DNA of 30,169 nucleotides, from the IMG/VR virus record IMGVR_UViG_3300005512_000225, positions 1 through 30,169 of that record; one strand, given 5' to 3'. Source of the DNA: a virus. Taxonomy: Duplodnaviria; Caudoviricetes. The notes below the pieces were generated by a model. That model was not told where the DNA came from, did not search any database, and was given only the letters and a program-made list of their open reading frames with translations. The position numbers were made by a program, and so were the translations under genes. This document shows positions 1 to 8,620 of this stretch, piece after piece (the first letter of the stretch is position 1; the number at the start of each line of letters is the position of its first letter).

Positions 1-287
1 TCTGCTTCTTTGTTTATTCCGGTCGCATTGTACGCAATCTTAACAATTGGTATAATTTGTTTGAGTAGTGGAACAACAAATTCCACATCACTTATATTGG
101 AAAGTTCTTGATTGGGTTTAAAGACAGGACTGTGCCAGCCTCCTTGGTTACTTATTTCTGGAGGTTGTACGAATATTTTTTGTAAATCTAATACACGATT
201 CACTATTGATTCATCAAAATCTAATCTAGCATGGTATATAGCATTTATAAATGGAACTAGTTCGCGTACTTCTATAGGTTCTGACAT
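1..287 (-). CDS. Putative 2OG-Fe(II) oxygenase, TIGR02466-like (N-terminal part; runs off the left edge)
   Basis: Not in the ORF track. Manual translation from ATG at 287 gives MSEPIEVRELVPFINAIYHARLDFDESIVNRVLDLQKIFVQPPEISNQGGWHSPVFKP..., open to the edge, with AGGA Shine-Dalgarno upstream. SNxGGW(H/Q)S is typical of the N-terminal part of these phage oxygenases. The catalytic residues would lie outside the window. Confidence 0.7.
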   Translation of the reverse strand, partial: MSEPIEVRELVPFINAIYHARLDFDESIVNRVLDLQKIFVQPPEISNQGGWHSPVFKPNQELSNISDVEFVVPLLKQIIPIVKIAYNATGINKEA

Positions 288-309
288 TGTATTCCTTTTG
301 TTTACATAG

Positions 310-315
310 TAGTTA
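310..315 (-). promoter_or_regulatory. Possible variant late-promoter box TAACTA
   Basis: One mismatch to TAAATA. It is 22 nt before the ATG at 287, close to the 21-nt spacing of the boxes at 7059 and 11489. Confidence 0.35.
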
Positions 316-335
316 GTACAAAAGGATTTACAGTA

Positions 336-536
336 TTATTCTTTTGAAGGTAAAACTTCAGAATAAAGTAAATTAGAAATAGCAACTATGTGATTTTGTA
401 TATACTTTCTATGTATAGTATCACTTACGGCAGGAAGTTTATCTTCCCATTCTTTTAACAATTCTGGAGTAATATTTTCTAAACCTAAATTTAGTACTTC
501 TTCATATATTGTTTCATATGTTACATCGTAATTCAT
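336..536 (-). CDS. Hypothetical protein (66 aa, acidic)
   Basis: AAGGA SD; starts 9 nt after the stop of the upstream fibre gene; no recognisable motif. Confidence 0.65.
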   Translation of the reverse strand: MNYDVTYETIYEEVLNLGLENITPELLKEWEDKLPAVSDTIHRKYIQNHIVAISNLLYSEVLPSKE

Positions 537-545
537 ATTTTTTCC

Positions 546-2273
546 TTATACCTGATACCTAATAAGAACTACACCAGATCCACCGCTTCCGCTTGCCGAA
601 CCTCCTCCAGATGTTAAACCATTGGAATCCTGTCCATCTTCTGATGCGCCGCCTCCACCACCACCGGTGTTTGGTAAGCCGTCAATGTTTGCTGAATTGT
701 TTTGTGTTCCACCACCCACTCTGGATGATTCTCTAGCGGAATTTCCTTGTCCGCCACCTCCTTGGCCTCCGGATGATTGGGTTCTAATTTGGTTGTGTGA
801 ATAACAAGCACCCCCGCCTCCGCCAGCAAACCAACCAGATTCGCCAAATCCTGTTCCAAACACACCTGAATAATCTCTACCTGCTCCGCCGTCGCCGCCT
901 TGAGCATCGTTTGTTGACGTACTGCCAGTGCCGCCACCGCCGCCAGCGCCACCACCACCGCCACCACCGTGGTTGCCTGAACCAGCACTTGCTGATCCTG
1001 AGTTTCCGCCTGAATTTCCGTATGATTCCCAACCTGATGGAGTTGTTTTGTTAGAACTTGCTCCAATGTTGTTAGAGGCTGTACCGTTTCTAGCACCAGC
1101 ACCACCACCTGAGCCGCCTTGTCTCGGAGGACCTGCATTGTTATCGCTAGTGCCCCCGGCGCCGCCACCGTTGGCTGTTACCCCAAACCCTGTAGTGTTG
1201 CTACCGTTGTTACCTAGAGGAGCAGTACTGTTGTTTCCTTGGCTTCTGCCAGCACCACCTCCGCCTACTGTGATTGAATATGTGCCTGCTCCAGGAGAAT
1301 ATCCTGCTCTATATAAAATTTGTCCAGCACCGCCACCGCCTTTTCCGGTGTCTTGGTCACCATACCCAGGACCGCCGGCGCCGCCTCCTCCTACAAGAAG
1401 AACGTCAATTGATTTATTTGTGTTAAGCACAAAATTATTTGTACCTGAATTGAATGAATGAACTTTGTAATCCGTACCACTGATGTTTACATCTGTAACA
1501 GTTCCGCCCGATGCTACTGGATTTACAACAATATTAAATGTTCTGTCTGCTGTAATGGTATTTGCTGTTGCTCTAATAGTAAATGTGTAGGTAGTTTGCC
1601 CAGAAACTGCTGTAACATTGCCTGATGATATTTCACCTGTGCTTGTATTTAAATTTGTATTACCGGGAAGGCTTCCACTTTGAAGTGAGTATGTTATTGG
1701 ATCACTGTTAGCATCAGTTGCTGTAACCGTAACAGTTTGATTAGCAGTACTATTCCATGTAGCAATAGTACCTGCGCCTGTGCTCCAAACCGGTGGAGCA
1801 TCAATTGTACCTGCAGGAGTTAATACAGCACTTAATCCTGATGGATTTGTTACTTTAACGTCAAAACTAGCACCTGCTACATAATTTACCGATGCGGCAT
1901 TGGTAGCGGCAGTAAGTTCACCGGAATTTACAAAAGTTGTGGCTAAATTTCTTGCTATACCACTAACACCTGCTCCTTCGATAGAAATTGTGCTTCCTGA
2001 TTTAAAATTAGAACCAGTTATTGTTATAGTTGAATTTGAAGATGGAAAAATTGTACCAGAAATACTTGATACTGTAGGGGGAGCATCAATACCTGCCCAA
2101 CCCGTAGCATTATATTGTTCTAGGAATCCTAAATCTGTGTTGTAACGTATGTTACCTGTAACGTTTGATACACGTTCAGCAGTTGTTCCTTTAGGTACCT
2201 GCATACCATCTGTACCTTCAATTATAGGATTTTTTAGTGATTTACTATATTTTTTATCTGCGTAATCTGCCAT
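546..2273 (-). CDS. Putative fibre tip / receptor-binding protein A: connector motif, IPT/TIG-like and putative Ig domains, C-terminal glycine-rich domain
   Basis: N-terminal VPKGTTAER..GNIRYNT; PPTVSSIS..TITITGSNF (TIG-like); ATDANSDPITYSLQSGSLP (putative Ig); VLLVGGGGAGG...GGGGGAG...NTGGGGGG...GSGGSGVVLIRY is the common phage Gly-rich fibre domain. Confidence 0.85.
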   Translation of the reverse strand: MADYADKKYSKSLKNPIIEGTDGMQVPKGTTAERVSNVTGNIRYNTDLGFLEQYNATGWAGIDAPPTVSSISGTIFPSSNSTITITGSNFKSGSTISIEGAGVSGIARNLATTFVNSGELTAATNAASVNYVAGASFDVKVTNPSGLSAVLTPAGTIDAPPVWSTGAGTIATWNSTANQTVTVTATDANSDPITYSLQSGSLPGNTNLNTSTGEISSGNVTAVSGQTTYTFTIRATANTITADRTFNIVVNPVASGGTVTDVNISGTDYKVHSFNSGTNNFVLNTNKSIDVLLVGGGGAGGPGYGDQDTGKGGGGAGQILYRAGYSPGAGTYSITVGGGGAGRSQGNNSTAPLGNNGSNTTGFGVTANGGGAGGTSDNNAGPPRQGGSGGGAGARNGTASNNIGASSNKTTPSGWESYGNSGGNSGSASAGSGNHGGGGGGGAGGGGGTGSTSTNDAQGGDGGAGRDYSGVFGTGFGESGWFAGGGGGACYSHNQIRTQSSGGQGGGGQGNSARESSRVGGGTQNNSANIDGLPNTGGGGGGASEDGQDSNGLTSGGGSASGSGGSGVVLIRYQV

Positions 2274-2274
2274 A

Positions 2275-5200
2275 TTATCTATCCTTCAATAACCATCCGT
2301 TTGTTGAATCATAATACACCAAACTAAATGCGGCTCTTTCTGTTGTTACAGTCATGTCTGACGCATCACCTTGTATATTACTACCGTTTCTTCCAATTGT
2401 TAAGTTGTTGGTATCAAAAGTACCTTCAACATCAATAACTCTTACTTCGTCTCCTTGGTTCGGACTGCTCGGTAAATTTACTGTCATTGCTCCTCCCGAT
2501 GTGTCTATCCATAAAAACTGGAAAGCACTAGCACTGTATGGACTACTGCTTACATCTATATTTACATTGCTCAAACCACCTGCCGGAACCCAAGCACTTC
2601 CTTGATAAACTTCTAATGCGCCAACACTGGTATTGTATCTTATATAACCAGCAATCGGAGAACCTGGTCTTTCGCCTGTTGTTCCTTTTGGAACTAGTAA
2701 AAACTGATCTGCTATCTTAGCAACAGTTGTTCCTGCAATATCAAAATTAATAGTATCAGTACTTGCACCAGTACCAGATACACTAACTTTTGATTGAGTT
2801 GGACTTGCGCCTGCAATAATAGCGTTAGACCCTGCAACTTTTCCATCTACATATGTCTTAACTGCTTTTTCAGTTGGTACAGCACTGTCACTGTTATCTG
2901 CAAAAGTGCCATCTGTACTAAATTCGTTAATTGTAGCACCCTGTTTACCTGCTGTAATAGATCCTAACTGTAATTCGTTCAAACCAGCCAAGTCAAACTC
3001 TTCTGATGAAAGTGTGGCTCTACCAGTTGCTTGTTCAACCTTGAAGTAATCACCTACTCGGAAGTTACCATCTTGGTCTGTGGTAACATAGAACACACGA
3101 CCACCATTTTCAGCAAGTGTTTCTCTTTCTTGATTTGGTGGTTGTGAGTAATCAGCATCAATAATCACAGGATAGTTTGTGTCAGCAAATCCACCTGTGC
3201 CAATGTCTAGGAAGTCATGTCCACTCATACGTACTTGGCTAAACGCCTCACGGAAAGTTAAAGTTGTTTGATCATTTGGTGTTTTGTTTGATGGAATAGC
3301 AGGATCCAATTGAATTTGACATGTTCCGTCGTTAGTACTATCGCCTTCTAAGAAGTTAGAAACACCAATTACAAAATAAGTTTCCGAATCACCGTCAATT
3401 TGTAATACTGAACCTTCTTTTGGTGATCTATCAAGTTCATCAACATTAAACAATACGCCTGTACCAATACCAGCAAAACCTGCTCTTGTTGCTACTGCTG
3501 TTCTAGTCTGACTAGGGGTTTGATTCAATGTAAGCGACTCGTCTGTTGTCCCTAGAGCAAGATTATTCACATCAATTTCATTAAACTGTTGTTGAACTAT
3601 TGTAGAATTATTAACTGTGGCATTCGAAACAGCAAGAGCATACCCTCCGCTCGATACCGTACCTATACCATTTGCTAAATCTCTTTGAATATTAACTATT
3701 ACACTGTTACCTTGTTCTATACCTGCCGCAATTATGTTAACACCGTCTAGCATAACACCATTAAGTGCCAAATTATTTGTCCCATTGTCAAATTTTTGTT
3801 GCCACGAAACTGTGCCATTACTGGTATATCTAACAATTAAGGCCGTATTATTATTATTAGATCCTTCGTTAAAGTAACCTACAGCATAAATGTCATCCCC
3901 AAAAGGTAACACATCTTTAAATTCGCCTTGTTCTGGAGATAAATCATATTGATTTTGCCATTGTACCGCTCCCGCAACATTTAATCTAAAAATTATAGGA
4001 GCAACATTAACCGCACCTGCATCATAATAACCTGCCGCCATTAAGTAAATTCCGTCTCCGTTACCGGTGTCTAAACGAAGTTTATTGATACGTACATCAC
4101 CGTATGTGTATGAAGCAATATTTGCTCCTGTACTTGAAAGTCTGGTTATAACTGCTTGATTAGCAGTTGAATCATAACTTGCTATGTATAAATTATTTTC
4201 TGCTGTAGCATCTCCTGCTAGAGCATATGTGTCAACACTTGTGGTCGGTGTTCCAGCAAATGTACATGACGTAGCAACTAGAGTATTCGCGGCCGCACTG
4301 TCATTATACTCAAGTGTGCGACTCCACTGTTCAATTCCTGCAGGATTTAGTTTAATCACACTAGAACCTGTGGTGCTGTGTGTTCCGACAGCATACAAAT
4401 TATTATCGTCTGTAGCAAGATCGACTATTTCAGTTGTGTCACCTATGGTTTTCTGCCATTGAATTTCACCTGCTTTTGATATGCTTAGTATAAATCCTTT
4501 ATTAGAACCGTCATATATAACACCGCCACAATAAATTCTATCACTTAATTCAATGGCTGAGTGAATAGCACCATATGAACTTTCATAGGTATAAATCCAA
4601 TCTAAACTACCTGCTGAATTAAATTTAGCAATAAATGGATATGAAGCACTATTGCTCCATGAACTTGATACATCTGTTCCCGTAGGAGCAGTATGTCCCA
4701 CAAAAAATCTATTACCTACTGAATCTCTGTAACTAGTGAATACATGAACGTTTGATCCAAGTTGTGTAATTGAACTAATGGTTTGATTGGTTAATCGTAA
4801 CTTACCAATTAGTGGAGTTTCTGATTGTGAAAATCCTCTAGCAACAGCACCATATTCCCCATATGAGTTGTTACCAACAATACCACGAATCTTACCTCCG
4901 CTTTCTGCTAGATAACCAATATCACAATAGTATGTAAAACATGATACAATCTCAGTTCTACCATCGTTCAATACGTGAATGCCAATACCATCTGAGTTGA
5001 TCTGTGTCCAGTCATTGGCAACCATTGATTTATAACCACCATTGTGTAGAGCACCATCAATCTTAAATCCAGTACCACCTGGAGTAAATGAAGTACAGTT
5101 TTGTACATATGGTGATTGTGAAGTAATCCATACACTTGTATCATCTTGTCCTGTTCCCGGATCTAGTGATACAAGAACTGACCCTGTGCTAAAGTTTCTA

Positions 5201-6771
5201 AACACAAAGTTACGCATTCTACAACCGTTATTCATATGGAATACGTATGAGTTTGCGTTAGGTGTTGATCCGTCATCTGATATACCTACACCAAAACCGT
5301 TGTCATTTGTTGTATCTGGTTGGACTGTAACAGCACCCAAGCCATTACCTTCAAGCACTACTGAACGTCCTATTCTAATAGGACACTGTTCTGAATAGGT
5401 CCCAGCACTAACATTAATACGACACTGGCCTATGTTAAATGTTTGTTCTGCGGCATGTCTGATTGTTTTCCAACTTGTGGTAGGAGTTCTACCATCATTA
5501 CTATCATTACCCTGTGGAGATACATAATAATCATTTTGCGGAGTTAAGTGACCCCAAGTTAAATCTGTTCCGTTTGAAGTAAGAAATGATCCTGCCGGGC
5601 CGATCGGTAAACGCACTGCTTGTGTAGCATCTCTTGTAAGTATATCGCCTCTTGTTGTAAGTACTGCATTTGAATCACCTTGTGCAAGCAGGTTCCAAAA
5701 TGCAGGAGAACTACTAGGTACATTGCCTAAATTATCTTCGTCAATACTAATATACGAACTTTGAGCATACTCAACAGTATCACCTTTTTGATATGTTGTT
5801 CCAATTTGCCAACTGCCGTTCCATTTAAATCCTTCAGTAAATGTTTCCCAATATTGTACATTAGGCGGAGCAACACTTGTTGATCCATCATCGTCGAAAC
5901 CTTCTTTACAAACATAAACATGCCCACCGTACCTTACTAGGTCTCCTGGATAGTATTCATTAGGACTTGTATAATTTCCTCTCCAACGCAATCCATCTAC
6001 AAATAACTCAAAATCATTAGTAATATCAGGTGCGTTATTAGAAGTAACTGATATAGTACGATAAATTTTACCACCATGTTTAACAATATCATTTGGATAA
6101 TAAGTTTGTCCAGATATCCAGTCACTTCTCCAATTAAAGCCTTCTAAAATTATTTGCCAATTATCAGTGTCGGTGGGATCAATTCCTATTGGAGTTTTTG
6201 TTTCTTTTACTGTATACCTATTACCGCCTAGACTGACTGTATCACCGGGTTTATATTGGGTTGCTTGATTGTAAGCCCCAACAAATTCATAACCTTTTAT
6301 ATAGACATCCCAGTAAGTTGCATTTGTTGGCGTGTTAAGAATTGTATTTTGTTTTGCAACGTATGAGTATCCACCATAATAAACAATATCACCTTTTTGA
6401 TAATTTGTTCCACTATTCCAATTACCTTCAAATTGCTGTCCATCTACAAACTTTTGCCAATATGAAGTTTCAGTATAAGGATTTTGATTTGTTGATTCTT
6501 GTAGTGCTATATAAACAGCACCACCATAGGTTACTGTTTGTCCTAATTTGTATAAAGTTCCTGAATTCCATACTCCGGCATTTTCTAAACCACTAACCAT
6601 TAATTCCCATTTAGCACTATCAGGTGCAAATGTTGATTGGCTAGTATGAGCAGTTATACAAACATAAACGTTAGGACCGTATTTGACTACGTCATCAGCA
6701 TCATATGCAGTTGACTGGGCCCAATCGCCTGCCCAATAAAATTTAAGATTTCCTAAAATTATGTCTGCCAT
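2275..6771 (-). CDS. Large virion structural/fibre protein, paralog A (1498 aa)
   Basis: About seven W..T.Y..GD.V.YGG..Y repeats (CBM5/12-like); YYVSPQGNDSNDG..WKTI start of a beta-helix-like region; beta-propeller-like repeats; HDFLDIGTG / VTTDQDGNFRVG core; connector motif; C-terminal IDTSGG..TVNLP.SP..GD.V..GW domain resembling T4 gp34 N-terminal repeats. Confidence 0.85.
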   Translation of the reverse strand: MADIILGNLKFYWAGDWAQSTAYDADDVVKYGPNVYVCITAHTSQSTFAPDSAKWELMVSGLENAGVWNSGTLYKLGQTVTYGGAVYIALQESTNQNPYTETSYWQKFVDGQQFEGNWNSGTNYQKGDIVYYGGYSYVAKQNTILNTPTNATYWDVYIKGYEFVGAYNQATQYKPGDTVSLGGNRYTVKETKTPIGIDPTDTDNWQIILEGFNWRSDWISGQTYYPNDIVKHGGKIYRTISVTSNNAPDITNDFELFVDGLRWRGNYTSPNEYYPGDLVRYGGHVYVCKEGFDDDGSTSVAPPNVQYWETFTEGFKWNGSWQIGTTYQKGDTVEYAQSSYISIDEDNLGNVPSSSPAFWNLLAQGDSNAVLTTRGDILTRDATQAVRLPIGPAGSFLTSNGTDLTWGHLTPQNDYYVSPQGNDSNDGRTPTTSWKTIRHAAEQTFNIGQCRINVSAGTYSEQCPIRIGRSVVLEGNGLGAVTVQPDTTNDNGFGVGISDDGSTPNANSYVFHMNNGCRMRNFVFRNFSTGSVLVSLDPGTGQDDTSVWITSQSPYVQNCTSFTPGGTGFKIDGALHNGGYKSMVANDWTQINSDGIGIHVLNDGRTEIVSCFTYYCDIGYLAESGGKIRGIVGNNSYGEYGAVARGFSQSETPLIGKLRLTNQTISSITQLGSNVHVFTSYRDSVGNRFFVGHTAPTGTDVSSSWSNSASYPFIAKFNSAGSLDWIYTYESSYGAIHSAIELSDRIYCGGVIYDGSNKGFILSISKAGEIQWQKTIGDTTEIVDLATDDNNLYAVGTHSTTGSSVIKLNPAGIEQWSRTLEYNDSAAANTLVATSCTFAGTPTTSVDTYALAGDATAENNLYIASYDSTANQAVITRLSSTGANIASYTYGDVRINKLRLDTGNGDGIYLMAAGYYDAGAVNVAPIIFRLNVAGAVQWQNQYDLSPEQGEFKDVLPFGDDIYAVGYFNEGSNNNNTALIVRYTSNGTVSWQQKFDNGTNNLALNGVMLDGVNIIAAGIEQGNSVIVNIQRDLANGIGTVSSGGYALAVSNATVNNSTIVQQQFNEIDVNNLALGTTDESLTLNQTPSQTRTAVATRAGFAGIGTGVLFNVDELDRSPKEGSVLQIDGDSETYFVIGVSNFLEGDSTNDGTCQIQLDPAIPSNKTPNDQTTLTFREAFSQVRMSGHDFLDIGTGGFADTNYPVIIDADYSQPPNQERETLAENGGRVFYVTTDQDGNFRVGDYFKVEQATGRATLSSEEFDLAGLNELQLGSITAGKQGATINEFSTDGTFADNSDSAVPTEKAVKTYVDGKVAGSNAIIAGASPTQSKVSVSGTGASTDTINFDIAGTTVAKIADQFLLVPKGTTGERPGSPIAGYIRYNTSVGALEVYQGSAWVPAGGLSNVNIDVSSSPYSASAFQFLWIDTSGGAMTVNLPSSPNQGDEVRVIDVEGTFDTNNLTIGRNGSNIQGDASDMTVTTERAAFSLVYYDSTNGWLLKDR

Positions 6772-7037
6772 TATCTATAATCCTCATTTAAGTCGTATCT
6801 TGCGACCAGTTTTCCTCTTGCATTGATCAAGTATTGCATAGATCCGGGTCCTAAATGATACTGTTCGTATAATTCATTGCCATCGCGATCTTGTAAAATA
6901 ATATTTGTAAATTCTCTATCAATTACTTCTTTTGTGTAAACAAGTTGGCCTTTTGCATTTACATTAAATCCATGCAGTGCGCCGGCACCACCTCCGCCGC
7001 CACCGTCTGCGATTAATCTAGCATTACTACTTGGCAT
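6771..7037 (-). CDS. Small cassette protein, paralog A (88 aa)
   Basis: AGGAG SD and an upstream TAAATA box; stop overlaps the next ATG (TAATG); shares HGF..NA.G.L.YT, LQD...NEL and Y.IN..G.L with 20494..20754. Confidence 0.85.
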   Translation of the reverse strand: MPSSNARLIADGGGGGGAGALHGFNVNAKGQLVYTKEVIDREFTNIILQDRDGNELYEQYHLGPGSMQYLINARGKLVARYDLNEDYR

Positions 7038-7058
7038 TCTTGTCTCCTATCTTGCTTG

Positions 7059-7064
7059 TATTTA
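7059..7064 (-). promoter_or_regulatory. T4-like late promoter box TAAATA
   Basis: In the gap between the protease stop and cassette A, 21 nt before the ATG; same hexamer as in other gaps. Confidence 0.65.
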
Positions 7065-7067
7065 CCA

Positions 7068-8612
7068 TTAACTGCTTATACTTAAACCACCGCTAAATCT
7101 ATAAGGAATACCGCTTACAAACGGTGTATTTAGATATCTATTAGGAGCACCATTTAATGCACGGGTATTTTGATAATCCGTGCTAGGTGATCCTGTAGTT
7201 GGGTCATACAATCTTGTGTTTACCGCATTATCCTGCAACCAAGCAAGACAATCTGCCGCTGTGTAGTTGGGTCTTGCCTGTAACATCTGTGCTAAAACAC
7301 CTGTTACCTGTGGACAAGCCATTGAAGTTCCTTGTAATTTGCGAATTTTGTAACTGGCATTGTCGGGATGTGTTGTGCTATTTGAATCAAGTGTAGCGCC
7401 TGACGGAATTGCCGCCTGCACTGCATATCCAGGAGCAAAAACATCTACCCTAGGACCTTTTTCTGTGAATCCAGCACACTGTTCTTGACCACTGTTATAT
7501 GTGTAATCAATTGCACCTACGCAGATTGTACCGGCCGCGGCCTGTGGAGTACCGCCTCTATGATAATATCTATTTCCAAAAAGTGTGCTAACAAAATAAT
7601 TGTCATAATCAACGCCACCCACAAGATCCATTTTATGTTCACTGTTGCCAGCCGCCGCAACTAAAATTACTCCGTCTGCAATACAGTCTTCCATGTCACT
7701 TTCTACACTTGTAACCCTTAAAGGAAAAGTAAAAGAACCTTGGTAAAATCCACCCTGGGTCATTCCAAACTGTAATTGTAAAGTAGTACCACCCCATGGT
7801 GTTCCTCTCCAGTTACCGCCATTAATATTTGTGTACGTACCGAAGTAACCCCAACTCATATTAACCACAGTTGGTCGACCTGTGCCTTTGAGATTGTGCC
7901 AACCTCGAATCATGTTGAAACTTGCACTTACACCATATGCATCTGTGTCAAAAATCTTAATTGCATAAATGTCTGAGTTATTTGCCCAGCCATATAATTT
8001 TCCTGCTGTCGTACTTGCACAATGAGTACCATGACCATATTGATCAGTGTAATGATTAGCACCTTGTGCGTATATTCCACTTAATCCACTTGCACTTGGC
8101 CAGTCAATTTGTTTTAATCTAGAAGCACTACCGTCTCGAGTGTTCCATTCAGGATGTCCTACTTCAATTCCACTGTCTTGAATAACACAATCAACACCCG
8201 TGCCATCTAAACTATATGCGTGTGCATAATTCAAACTTGTGCCGCCACCGTATCTGCTTGTTTGTGATGTGCATTCTGCAAATGCCCACGGATAGTGAGT
8301 GTTATTAACAGTGTTATCTCGTTGATGCGAACGAGAAGGTTCTGTAATATTGTGCATGGGAATAAATCCATTTTCTAATTTGCTTCCCCATCGCACATCT
8401 CTTACTCGTGGATCATTTTTTAGAGTTTCTGCTTCTGCCTGTGTTAACACAAAATCAAAATTTGAAACTGAATCTGGTTTTTCGTTGTGCAGTGTTACAC
8501 TTCTAGCAGGTATTGCATCACTGCCAAATGTTGTTGTCATATTATCTAAAAATTCGTCAGCATCTACACCCTTGTGTAATGTTACTACTGCTCTTTTTTC
8601 TTCTGCACTCAT
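7068..8612 (-). CDS. Subtilisin-like serine protease (peptidase S8) with probable N-terminal prodomain
   Basis: Complete motifs: VIQDSG (Asp), HGTHCAST (His), AAAGN (oxyanion Asn), GTSMACPQV (Ser); AETLKNDPRV typical of I9-like propeptides; AGGAG SD; no obvious signal peptide. Confidence 0.92.
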   Translation of the reverse strand: MSAEEKRAVVTLHKGVDADEFLDNMTTTFGSDAIPARSVTLHNEKPDSVSNFDFVLTQAEAETLKNDPRVRDVRWGSKLENGFIPMHNITEPSRSHQRDNTVNNTHYPWAFAECTSQTSRYGGGTSLNYAHAYSLDGTGVDCVIQDSGIEVGHPEWNTRDGSASRLKQIDWPSASGLSGIYAQGANHYTDQYGHGTHCASTTAGKLYGWANNSDIYAIKIFDTDAYGVSASFNMIRGWHNLKGTGRPTVVNMSWGYFGTYTNINGGNWRGTPWGGTTLQLQFGMTQGGFYQGSFTFPLRVTSVESDMEDCIADGVILVAAAGNSEHKMDLVGGVDYDNYFVSTLFGNRYYHRGGTPQAAAGTICVGAIDYTYNSGQEQCAGFTEKGPRVDVFAPGYAVQAAIPSGATLDSNSTTHPDNASYKIRKLQGTSMACPQVTGVLAQMLQARPNYTAADCLAWLQDNAVNTRLYDPTTGSPSTDYQNTRALNGAPNRYLNTPFVSGIPYRFSGGLSISS

Positions 8613-8620
8613 TTTATCTC

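Noticed and set aside
112-309. 65-aa plus-strand ORF
   Set aside because: TTG start, and antisense to the better-supported minus-strand gene starting at 287.
614-1461. Pro-rich 177-aa plus-strand ORF and other overlapping ORFs (614..1168, 622..804, 797..1054)
   Set aside because: Antisense or off-frame shadows of the Gly-rich domain; GGN codons read as Pro-rich on the other strand and contain few stops.
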